Of a stretch of 64,000 nucleotides of DNA, positions 20,813 through 28,704 are shown in pieces (within the stretch, counting starts at the first letter, position 1; each line of letters begins with the position of its first letter). Source of the stretch: Psychrilyobacter sp. Lineage in GTDB: Bacteria; Fusobacteriota; Fusobacteriia; Fusobacteriales; Fusobacteriaceae. Below the pieces are notes generated by a model that searched no databases, was not told the DNA's origin, and was given only the letters and a program-made list of their open reading frames with translations. Both the position numbers and the translations under genes were made by a program. The stretch lies in contig NZ_JBATVM010000173.1 of NCBI RefSeq assembly GCF_049671765.1, positions 326 through 64,325 of the forward strand, read 5' to 3'.

Positions 20813-21460
20813 ATGAATAAAGTAGGTTTTTTAAAATTTTTAGAGTATAGAGGTCCAGAAATTATTAAACTAACAGGAGAACACATGAAGATAACAGGAG
20901 TTGCGGTTTTTCTTGCGATTCTTGTAGGTGTACCTTTAGGAATATATATAACTAAAAACAAGAAGGTAGCCAATGTTATACTAAATACTGCAAATATATT
21001 TCAGACTTTGCCAAGTTTGGCTCTGTTTGGACTTATAATTCCAATTATGGGAATAGGTTTCAAACCTGCAATATTTGTTTTATTTTTATACGCGTTGTTA
21101 CCTATTATTAAAAATACATGTATAGGAATAAACAGTATAGACCCTTCAATAATTGAAGCTGGAAGAGGAATGGGAATGACTAAGACCCAGATACTGACAA
21201 TGGTTGAAATACCTTTAGCTCTACCTATTATCATGGGTGGGATCAGAATCTCTACAGTAATTAATATTGGTACTGCAACAATAGCAGCTCTTATAGGAGC
21301 TGGAGGACTAGGGGACTTTATCTTTAAGGGAATATCCATGGGTAATAATAATTTGATCTTAGCAGGAGCGATACCAACAGCTCTTTTAGCATTATCAGTT
21401 GACTTTATTCTAGGTCTTGTGGAAAAAAAATTAACTCCTCAAGGATTGAAGGAAAGTTAA
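20813..21460 (+). CDS. Osmoprotectant ABC transporter permease
   Basis: 215 aa BPD-type permease carrying an EAA-like loop (IEAGRGMGMTKTQ). Confidence 0.8.
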   Translation: MNKVGFLKFLEYRGPEIIKLTGEHMKITGVAVFLAILVGVPLGIYITKNKKVANVILNTANIFQTLPSLALFGLIIPIMGIGFKPAIFVLFLYALLPIIKNTCIGINSIDPSIIEAGRGMGMTKTQILTMVEIPLALPIIMGGIRISTVINIGTATIAALIGAGGLGDFIFKGISMGNNNLILAGAIPTALLALSVDFILGLVEKKLTPQGLKES

Positions 21461-21526
21461 TAAATTTTAAAGCTATAAATTAAGAACATTTGAATTAATT
21501 ATAGAAACTAATAGGAGGATTAAAAA

Positions 21527-22417
21527 ATGAATAAGTTATTTAGAAATATGGTACTTATTATGACAATTATGGTATTTGCCGCATGTGGGAAAAAAGAAGC
21601 AGAGGTAGAAACAATTAAGATCGGTCATAAAAACTATACAGAGCAAAGAGTACTAGGACAATTATTTGCAGTTATGATTGAGAATTACACTGACTATAAG
21701 ACTGATGTAAAAGAATTAGGAGGAACAAAGATTGCATTTGAAGCCCTAAAAAGTGGAGATATAAATCTTTATCCTGAATTTTCTGGAACAGCATATTCAG
21801 CTCTTTTAAATGAAAGTGGATTGAAAAACCCTGATGAAGTTCATAAACTTGTAAAAGATAGACTTAAAGCAGAGAATAATCTGGACTATTTAGGTCCTTT
21901 AGCTTATAATAACACATATACTTTTGCAGTAAGAGCTGAAACTGCTGAGAAATATAATCTAAAAACATTTTCAGATATAGCAAAGGTTTCAGATAAATTG
22001 GTAATCGGAGCGACTATGGAGTTTCTTGAAAGAGAAGACGGAATGTTAGGTCTTAAGAAGGCCTATCCAGGAATGGAATTTAAAGAGGAAAAAGGTCTTG
22101 ACGGAGGACTTCGTTATACTGCTATAAAAGGTGGTAAGATAGATGTTTGCGATGCTTTTTCTACAGACGGGAAACTTATCACATATAATCTTGTTATATT
22201 AGAAGATGACAAAAACTTCTTTCCACCATACTATGTGGCGCCACTTTTAAATGGTGAATTTGCAGCGACTCATCCTGATGTAGTAGAAGCTTTAGGGAAA
22301 CTTTCGGGTCAAATCAGTGAGTCAGAGATGCAACAGATGAACTATAGAGCTGACGAAGAAGGAGTTCCTACAAAAATTGTTGCAGAAGAATTTCTTAAGG
22401 AAAAAGGACTTTTATAA
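21527..22417 (+). CDS. Osmoprotectant (glycine betaine/choline-type) substrate-binding lipoprotein
   Basis: Lipobox FAAC. The OpuBC/OpuCC-like sequence includes YPEFSGTAY and FFPPYYVAPL. Confidence 0.8.
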   Translation: MNKLFRNMVLIMTIMVFAACGKKEAEVETIKIGHKNYTEQRVLGQLFAVMIENYTDYKTDVKELGGTKIAFEALKSGDINLYPEFSGTAYSALLNESGLKNPDEVHKLVKDRLKAENNLDYLGPLAYNNTYTFAVRAETAEKYNLKTFSDIAKVSDKLVIGATMEFLEREDGMLGLKKAYPGMEFKEEKGLDGGLRYTAIKGGKIDVCDAFSTDGKLITYNLVILEDDKNFFPPYYVAPLLNGEFAATHPDVVEALGKLSGQISESEMQQMNYRADEEGVPTKIVAEEFLKEKGLL

Positions 22418-22451
22418 GTTTAAAATTTAAGTTTTAATTTAAATTATCATG

Positions 22452-22483
22452 GAGCATCGGGAACGGAAACATTTCCTGTGCTC
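22452..22483 (+). terminator. Probable terminator of the opu-type operon
   Basis: GAGCA...GGAAA-ca-TTTCC...TGCTC nested stem followed by TAATTTT. Confidence 0.4.
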
Positions 22484-22498
22484 TAATTTTAAATTACA

Positions 22499-22553
22499 GC
22501 TATTTTGTTGTCAGTATCTTTATGAGATAATCAGTTACTGAGAACAAAATAGC
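22499..22553. other. 55-nt long hairpin (11-bp perfect outer stem GCTATTTTGTT/AACAAAATAGC with inner CAGTA/TACTG and ATCT/AGAT pairs)
   Basis: Read directly from the sequence. It has no flanking T-run and its function is unknown. Confidence 0.5.
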
Positions 22554-22605
22554 GGTAGAGTATTACATGGTTTATTTGATAACGTCATTCTAAGGTTGAA
22601 TTTGT

Positions 22606-22634
22606 TTGACAATAAATATGCAGTGTGATAAATT
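22606..22634 (+). promoter_or_regulatory. Promoter: TTGACA, 17 nt spacer, TGaTAAATT (extended -10)
   Basis: Hexamers and spacing read from the sequence, upstream of the 22673 gene. Confidence 0.5.
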
Positions 22635-22672
22635 AAATGGTGTTACTGTTTTTTAATATTGGGAGGATGCAA

Positions 22673-23476
22673 ATGTCAAAGGGAGGAGCACGTTTAGGTG
22701 CTGGGAGAAAGCCAAAAGAAGAAGTGTTAAAAGTAGCTAATTTTAGACTTTCTATGGAGGATTTAAAAATCCTAGATAAAAAAGGAATAGGCAAAAATTC
22801 TAGTAATAAATTAAGATATATTTTGTCAAAATTTAAAAACGAAAAAATAAATATGGCCAAAAGAAGAAAGGCTTATAAATTGGAAAGATTTATTTCCCTT
22901 GATGAGGCAGAGACTCTGTTTATAGAGTTTGCTAACAAATGGAAAGATATAAATAAAACTGTATTTCTTTTAGAGAGTAGCTTAAGAAATGATATGAGGA
23001 TGAAGTTTGAAGTTCTAAATAGAAAAACAATTGAAAATTTTGAAAATTTTGATGAATTAAAGAAATTTGGATGGAGTTTACAAAATGTAGATTTTAAATG
23101 GACTGGATCTCGTATTTCTCAGTTAGATATTTACCTCAGTAAAAATGACTATTTGATAATACTTCCTGTAACAAGGGAGGGAAATGAATTTGTTGTTAAT
23201 CATAAAGGGGACCTTTTGGAAGAGACAGTTGATGAAGTAGGTTTTATATCCCTTGCAGAAGAAGATGTTTTTGCATATTTCTACGAAGATCTTCAAGAGC
23301 TTATATTCAAAAAAAATAACTCATTTAATGCAACTGAAAATATATGCAATAAAAAATATAGCAACGGAGATATCTACAAAACTCTAGAGTATGATAACGT
23401 AGTAGTGCTAGAGCTAGAATATGATAGTAAAAATAATGAAGCAACTATTAACTTTATAAAAGAACTTTCAATGTGA
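22673..23476 (+). CDS. Hypothetical protein with basic N-terminus (MSKGGARLGAGRKPKEE)
   Basis: GGGAGG lies 6 nt before the ATG at 22673. I recognise no family. The Gly/Arg/Lys-rich N-terminus resembles those of small phage or plasmid DNA-binding proteins. Confidence 0.5.
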   Translation: MSKGGARLGAGRKPKEEVLKVANFRLSMEDLKILDKKGIGKNSSNKLRYILSKFKNEKINMAKRRKAYKLERFISLDEAETLFIEFANKWKDINKTVFLLESSLRNDMRMKFEVLNRKTIENFENFDELKKFGWSLQNVDFKWTGSRISQLDIYLSKNDYLIILPVTREGNEFVVNHKGDLLEETVDEVGFISLAEEDVFAYFYEDLQELIFKKNNSFNATENICNKKYSNGDIYKTLEYDNVVVLELEYDSKNNEATINFIKELSM

Positions 23477-23562
23477 TTTACATGAGGGTAGGAACATTCT
23501 AAGTCGTACCCTTTCTAAAAAAAGATATGATTAATATGCTGTTAAAAGATGATTTCTGTATT

Positions 23563-23991
23563 CTACAGGGGTTGTCTTTTTTTATATATAAATTGAATTT
23601 CTCTGTTTTTTAAAAAAAGATAATTTTCATTAACTGATATTACTGTATAGACCTCTTCTCCTACAGAAGAAGTTTTATTCCCAGTACTTTTGGCTGTGAG
23701 AATAAGTTTTCCATCTTTAAATTGCCATTTTTGATATTGAAGTGTAGCCATATTTATAGACTGAGCTGTACCATCACTGTTTAAAGTGAATCCTTGAAAT
23801 TCTTTTTCATTTCCTGGTATTGGCTCTATCCATGAACCTAAAAGATATGTATTTTGGTCCTCTATAGTAAGAGATGCTCCTTCTATGTATATATCATCTT
23901 GTAAAACATTAAATTTATACATACCAACTAAACCAATGATTACAGCTATAAAAAAGATAAATATAATTACTCTTATTAAAATTTTTCTCAT
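23563..23991 (-). CDS. Membrane-anchored lipocalin-like domain protein
   Basis: 142 aa with an N-terminal TM helix. LLGSWIEPIPG...FTLNSDGTA...WQFKDGKLIL matches the lipocalin-like pattern. Confidence 0.5.
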   Translation of the reverse strand: MRKILIRVIIFIFFIAVIIGLVGMYKFNVLQDDIYIEGASLTIEDQNTYLLGSWIEPIPGNEKEFQGFTLNSDGTAQSINMATLQYQKWQFKDGKLILTAKSTGNKTSSVGEEVYTVISVNENYLFLKNREIQFIYKKRQPL

Positions 23992-24034
23992 AAATCCCTC
24001 CTAAAATCAAATTTTTTATAATTTTCACAACCAG

Positions 24035-24697
24035 CTAAGTATTTTTAAAGTTTTCTGGAAAAGGTAGAATTTTATCTTTCTTTTTCTTTTCAGCATAGTT
24101 TTTGGAAAAATTTATAGTTGAAGATAAGAAAATTATACTGATTAGTGTACCTTCCCTAACGTATATAGGTAATCCATTCATTAGAGAAACACTTATTGAA
24201 ATTGACACTGAGATTATATCAACAGAATACCTTAATTTAATGAAAGAAATTTTACTCATTTCAGAAATTTTTATACATAGATTTTCCATAGGAAAAGTGA
24301 TGATGTTATAGTGAATTATCATACCGATGGATAATCCAATTATAAGGGTTCCTCCAGTAAAGACAAAAATTCCTTGAATATAACTAAGATCAGTTATACC
24401 CCCTAGGATATTGTAGGTGAAGTAGTTAATAAGCGTTCCAAACATAAATACAGAGAATGCTTGTATTAAATACTTATATTTATATGCAAATTTTGTTAAG
24501 ATCATATATATAAGTAAAAATGTAATATTGAAAAAAATAGTTACTGTCCCAATTTTAATATCATTGGCATTTGCTAGCGATAGGTTCATTGAATTAAAGC
24601 TACTTACACCTACATTAGCAATTATACTTAAACTAATTCCTAGGGCACATAATGTATAAAAAATATATGATTTGATAATTTTTCCAAGTGTATTCAT
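24035..24697 (-). CDS. Polytopic membrane protein (YczE/YyaS-like)
   Basis: 220 aa with about 6 TM helices and an N-terminal ALGISLSIIANVGVSSFNS motif. Confidence 0.45.
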   Translation of the reverse strand: MNTLGKIIKSYIFYTLCALGISLSIIANVGVSSFNSMNLSLANANDIKIGTVTIFFNITFLLIYMILTKFAYKYKYLIQAFSVFMFGTLINYFTYNILGGITDLSYIQGIFVFTGGTLIIGLSIGMIIHYNIITFPMENLCIKISEMSKISFIKLRYSVDIISVSISISVSLMNGLPIYVREGTLISIIFLSSTINFSKNYAEKKKKDKILPFPENFKNT

Positions 24698-24990
24698 AAG
24701 ATATTCTCCTTTTTATATTTATAAAATCTGAATCAATTTTAAAATTAACTACATTAATCATTTTAACAGACTTTAACATATAATCATATGAAATGTTTCC
24801 AAGAGCTCATCGATTATAAATTTTAATTTAAAGTATTTTTTTGAATTATTATTGGAAAATAGAAAATTGAAAAGTGTAAAAAAGGTTAAAATTTTGAAAA
24901 AATCAGAAAAAAAGGTTAAAATAGTTTTAATATGATATTTTAATTAAAAAATAGAATAATTTTTACAATATAGATCAAAGGGGGCGGGCT

Positions 24991-25371
24991 ATGGATGACA
25001 AATTTTTAAAACATGAAATGGAAAACTATAAGAAGGAACAGGAAAAAATAAAAAAACTCATAGGAAGTATAGGAGCTACTCACAGTAGTAGAAATCACAA
25101 AATCTTTAATGGACTTTTTCTTGTATTTGTTGTACTTTCATTCTTTGCCGGTGGAGTTTTACACTATATTCCATTTAATCTTTCCATAGAGTTAGGAGTA
25201 CTATTAGTTTCCATAAAAATAGCATGGATGATCCATGAACAGCAAAAGGTTAACCATTTTCAGTTCTGGATATTAAATTCTATAGAATTAAGATTAAATT
25301 CTCTTCAAACAAATTTTAGGAAGATGGATAAGGAACTTAAAAGGCAGGGAGAGGAAAGAAATTCAGACTAA
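24991..25371 (+). CDS. Hypothetical small membrane protein
   Basis: 126 aa with two central TM helices and a GGGGGC/GGGCGGG RBS region upstream. No family recognised. Confidence 0.5.
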   Translation: MDDKFLKHEMENYKKEQEKIKKLIGSIGATHSSRNHKIFNGLFLVFVVLSFFAGGVLHYIPFNLSIELGVLLVSIKIAWMIHEQQKVNHFQFWILNSIELRLNSLQTNFRKMDKELKRQGEERNSD

Positions 25372-25407
25372 ATTATAATTATGAAGTTTAGACTTATAAA
25401 ATTGGAA

Positions 25408-25447
25408 AAGAAAAACTTAATCTGGAGATTAAGTTTTTCTTTTTTTG
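25408..25447 (+). terminator. Intrinsic terminator
   Basis: AAAAACTTAATCT-gg-AGATTAAGTTTTT followed by a T-run. Confidence 0.7.
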
Positions 25448-25519
25448 AAAAATATTTATAGTTAAGGATTTGTATGATTATGACTGTATTTAGAATGTTG
25501 TAAATTCACCTAATTTTCC

Positions 25520-26130
25520 ACCTAAAATAAGACCACTGAATGGACCTTTAGACCAACCAGTGGTCTTTTAGTCCTCTCATTGGACTAAGCCATTTGTTAG
25601 CTCTCTATCTCAATAGTACCAATGGATTAATAGGGTCGAAGTTTGAGTTTTAAGGGGATAACCTATGTGATTATAAGGGAGAGAGTTAGGAAGGCTTAGG
25701 AGGAGAACTAGAGAGAATAATTAAAATGTACAATTGACAATGTACAATGAAGGGAAAAGTGAGGATTTTGTCGCCGATTACATAAATAAAAGCAAATTTT
25801 AACCGAAAATGAAAAATATTTTTAATCTGTGTAGATCAGATATTTTTCTGTGTGATCAGTGGCAAAATAAAGTTCTAAAGAGTCCCTCTTTAATACGGCT
25901 CTGTTTCTTTTCATGAGCAAAAGAAATAGAGGAAAGAAAAGCTCACTTTTTCTAAATAATGTTATAGGGGTGAGACCATGGATCCCCGTTTCTGAGTGGG
26001 ATGCCTGACGGGCATAATGGGCACGACGAAACTCGCAAGATATCTACTGAGAAGTAGAGTAACATCCAGAAAAAGAATTAGAGTCAAAATAAAATTCAGA
26101 CCTTAGTCAGGCTCAAAAAAAGTTTTACTA
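25520..26130. ncRNA. Candidate large structured non-coding RNA (boundaries, strand and family uncertain)
   Basis: No ORF of 60 aa or more on either strand between 25372 and 26165. G+C is locally much higher than the flanks (34/60 in 25981-26040 by my count). Perfect hairpins include 25531-25565 (GACCACTG/CAGTGGTC), 25568-25588 (TTAGTCC/GGACTAA), 25901-25929, 25967-25987, 26001-26015 and 26043-26058. Confidence 0.3.
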
Positions 26131-26165
26131 TAACTCTTTATCTCTTTGCTTTGTGCTGAAGATTC

Positions 26166-26456
26166 TTGAAATCTGTTTTAATCTGCGACAAAAAAGGGTA
26201 TGGAAGATTTTCTATTAATGATTTTACTAAGACTACTTATGGTACTCTTGGATTAGGACAAAAGAAGCTGTTTCAAGAAATGAGATTTAACGGTATTCTT
26301 AGTAGTCAAAATAGACCTTATCAATGCTATCTCGATAGAGGATATTTTGAAGTGATTACTAGAGTTATCAATGGGAGGGTTATATATCAGCCTATGCTTA
26401 CTGGGAAAGGTGAGATTTTTTTGTTCAAAAAGATGAAGAAGATATTAGGAGTATAG
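26166..26456 (+). pseudogene. KilAC (ANT) domain fragment of a phage antirepressor
   Basis: GLGQKKLFQEMRFNGILSSQNRPYQCYLDRGYFEV...LTGKGEIFLFKKM matches the KilAC C-terminal domain pattern. The N-terminal Bro/AntA-type domain is missing, and there is only a TTG start with no RBS. Confidence 0.5.
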
Positions 26457-26488
26457 AAAAAGCACATAGGGGTTATTTCCTATGTGCT
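26456..26488 (-). terminator. Intrinsic terminator of ptuAB
   Basis: Perfect 10-bp stem AGCACATAGG/CCTATGTGCT followed by a T-run on the minus strand. Confidence 0.75.
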
Positions 26489-26512
26489 CACTATATTAAC
26501 TCTTTTCATTTT

Positions 26513-27265
26513 TTAATCTCTATGCTGCTTTAAAATTAATGTTGCGTCTCTATAACTTTTACTCTTTTGTAAATAATTCTTTACAAAAAATGAATATTTT
26601 GAAGTATTTTTCTGTAAGTTTTCTATCTTATACAAAGAATCTTCTAATTCTTCTATTTCTTCTAATATTTTTGCTTTTTGTTTTAATTCTTCTACTTTAT
26701 CTAAATGTTTATCTAAAATATTTTCATATTCATGAAGAGATACTAGTAAAATTGCTCTTGGAGTGTATAAAGGAACTCTATTCAAATTATATGTGTCTAT
26801 GCTCCTTCTTGATTTTTTTTTATCTAAAGAATCTGTTTTTGCAACTATTCTTAATGAATCAAAATCTAAAAAATCTTCTGGGTCTTCTAAATAAGGATTA
26901 ATTAAACTTTCTAACTTTGTATCATGGTTTGATTTTTTTCTATTGCACTTCAGACAAATTGGCATTAAATTTTCCCATGCAAAAGTTTCCTCTGGGTAAA
27001 GTGATTTAGGGTTAAAATGTTCTACTTGAACATCTCCACCTTCTGCAGGATAACACTCACAGAAAGAACATTTATTATTAGTGCTTTTGAATAGCGGAAT
27101 TCTTATTTCATCTTCTTTATAATGTTTTATCAAATTACTTTTTTCGGTGCTAGGAATTTTTTTATAGCTTCCATACTTTTCAATAGCTTCTAAGAGTGTT
27201 TTTTTCCATTCTTCTTCTTTTTCTTGTAAAAGAGTCGGCTTAGTTGGTCTATTTAACTTTATCAT
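26513..27265 (-). CDS. ptuB: Septu PtuB-like HNH endonuclease (TIGR02646-like)
   Basis: 250 aa with CSFCE...VQVEHFNPKS...FAWENLMPICLKCNRKKSNH. Its start overlaps the stop of the upstream ATPase gene by 1 nt (TAATG). Confidence 0.75.
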   Translation of the reverse strand: MIKLNRPTKPTLLQEKEEEWKKTLLEAIEKYGSYKKIPSTEKSNLIKHYKEDEIRIPLFKSTNNKCSFCECYPAEGGDVQVEHFNPKSLYPEETFAWENLMPICLKCNRKKSNHDTKLESLINPYLEDPEDFLDFDSLRIVAKTDSLDKKKSRRSIDTYNLNRVPLYTPRAILLVSLHEYENILDKHLDKVEELKQKAKILEEIEELEDSLYKIENLQKNTSKYSFFVKNYLQKSKSYRDATLILKQHRD

Positions 27266-28502
27266 TAAGCATCACCTAATTTTAATCCTGCTAACTTTAT
27301 TTCTAAGCTCATTACTATTGGATCATTAGGGTGTGATACTTCTTTTAATTCAACTATATCCTCTAAGAGCTTAGTAGAATTTTTACTTTCTACCGAATCT
27401 AATGCTCTATTTATAAGTAAATTATACTTTTTATTTTCAAGATTATTTACAGCCATTATATCTTCTAAAATATTATCTGTACTCCATCCCGAGTAAGATT
27501 TAGAACTAGGTTCAAGAGTAGCGTTTCTGGAATCCTTATTCATGATAATTACTTCACCTGCTTCAGCGCTTGAAATTATATGAGGTGAGTGAGTCGTTAT
27601 AATGAATTGTAACTTAGGAAACATTTTACAAAGAGTTTTTTTAATCATTAATTGCCATTCTGGATGAATATGAGCATCTAATTCATCAATTACAACAGTT
27701 CCTTTAGCATCTTTTACAGAAATATTATAGATTCATTAGTTTTCTCAATCCATTCAAAGATAGCAAAAACAGTAGAAAGAATTGATTGAAACCCTCCTGA
27801 TAGTTCCTCTAAATAACACTCATTTCCATTAAGTATAAACATTGGTTCTAGGTCTCTTTGAATTTTACTAAAACTAAAATCCCAATCCTTTGGAGTTATT
27901 TCATTAAAATTTGTAATCAGCCAATCCCAATTTTCCTTTTCTATTTTAGCCCATTCTTTTTCAATCTGAAAATACCTATTAATCATCCATTGTTTTACAT
28001 CAGGTAATTTCCCTCCGCTTAAATTTAATGAAGACTCTTGTAAATATTTTCTTCTACTATCTTGGTAATTTTCTTCTCTTACCATTCCACTAATTTGTTT
28101 ATATTCAATCCTTCTGTAAGCTCCTAAAAATAAAGGACAGTATTCTTTATTATTTAAAGAAAGTTCTACTTTATTAACATCGAGTTCTTTTGGAGGGTAT
28201 TCCCAGTCTAATCTTGGATTAGAACGATAATGTTTTTCTAAGACTTTTCCTTTTCTATGTTTAGCTCCAAACCTTCTTTTTTCATTATTTAAAACTACGT
28301 CAGACCAAACTTCAAAATTATCTTTAAGCCTTGAGTCACAGAAGTTAGTATGTGAGTAAGCAGATGCTAATGCTCTTAATAACGATGTTTTCCCACATCC
28401 ATTAGGTCCTACTATAAAGTTAAATCTCCTATTAAATTTAACATTGAGTTCTTCAAAAAGGCGAAATCCTTTGACATGTAAGTTTTCAATATAATTTTCC
28501 AT
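27265..28502 (-). pseudogene. ptuA: Septu PtuA-like AAA15/21 ABC-type ATPase, interrupted by one frameshift near 27714-27735
   Basis: The N-terminal ORF (27714-28502) carries Walker A GPNGCGKTS and the LSGGFQS signature. The Walker B region VVIDELDAHIHPEWQ and the ITTHSPHII motif lie in another frame, which is open from 27733 down to 27265. The two frames overlap at ...KTNESIIFL* / IYNISVKDAKGTVVIDELD. Confidence 0.7.
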
Positions 28503-28511
28503 TTTCCCCCC

Positions 28512-28569
28512 TATAAAAGTAGTACAATATATTTAATTTTTTATTTAAATATATTGTACTACTTTTATA
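28512..28569. promoter_or_regulatory. 58-bp palindrome: 25-bp perfect arms (28512-28536 and 28545-28569) around an 8-nt spacer, abutting the ptuA RBS
   Basis: Arms TATAAAAGTAGTACAATATATTTAA / TTAAATATATTGTACTACTTTTATA were verified base by base. On the minus strand a TACAAT -10-like hexamer lies inside the upstream arm. Confidence 0.6.
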
Positions 28570-28631
28570 AAATAAATTAAAGTTTAGTTAAAATAAAATT
28601 AAAATGAAACAAATATAGGAAAAACCCAACT

Positions 28632-28661
28632 AAAAAAGGAGTTAAGCAATTGCATAACCCC
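28632..28661 (-). terminator. Intrinsic terminator of the HEPN gene
   Basis: GGAGTTAAGCAATTGCATAACCCC imperfect stem followed by a T-run on the minus strand. Confidence 0.6.
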
Positions 28662-28704
28662 TTCTATGATCTAAAACTCATACAAATTTCTAGAACGTGT
28701 GTAC

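Noticed and set aside
22499-22553. Integron attC-like recombination site.
   Set aside because: The arms read ...TTTTGTT / AACAAAA..., the reverse of the attC R''(RYYYAAC)...R'(GTTRRRY) arrangement. No IntI gene is present.
24879-24925. Direct repeat AAAAAAGGTTAAAAT twice, considered as a CRISPR or iteron-like array.
   Set aside because: There are only two short copies in an A-rich promoter region, with no further spacing periodicity.
25913-26008. 31-codon ORF (MSKRNRGKKSSLFLNNVIGVRPWIPVSEWDA) inside the ORF-free segment.
   Set aside because: It has no RBS and overlaps a perfect hairpin. The basic, low-complexity start looks fortuitous.
28506-28511. Homopolymeric G/C tracts at start codons as phase-variation switches: C6 at 28506-28511, C7 at 29998-30004, G7 at 54229-54235.
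   Set aside because: They coincide with Shine-Dalgarno positions and also occur before the housekeeping speA-like gene. They are only 6-7 nt long, so a strong RBS is the more likely explanation.
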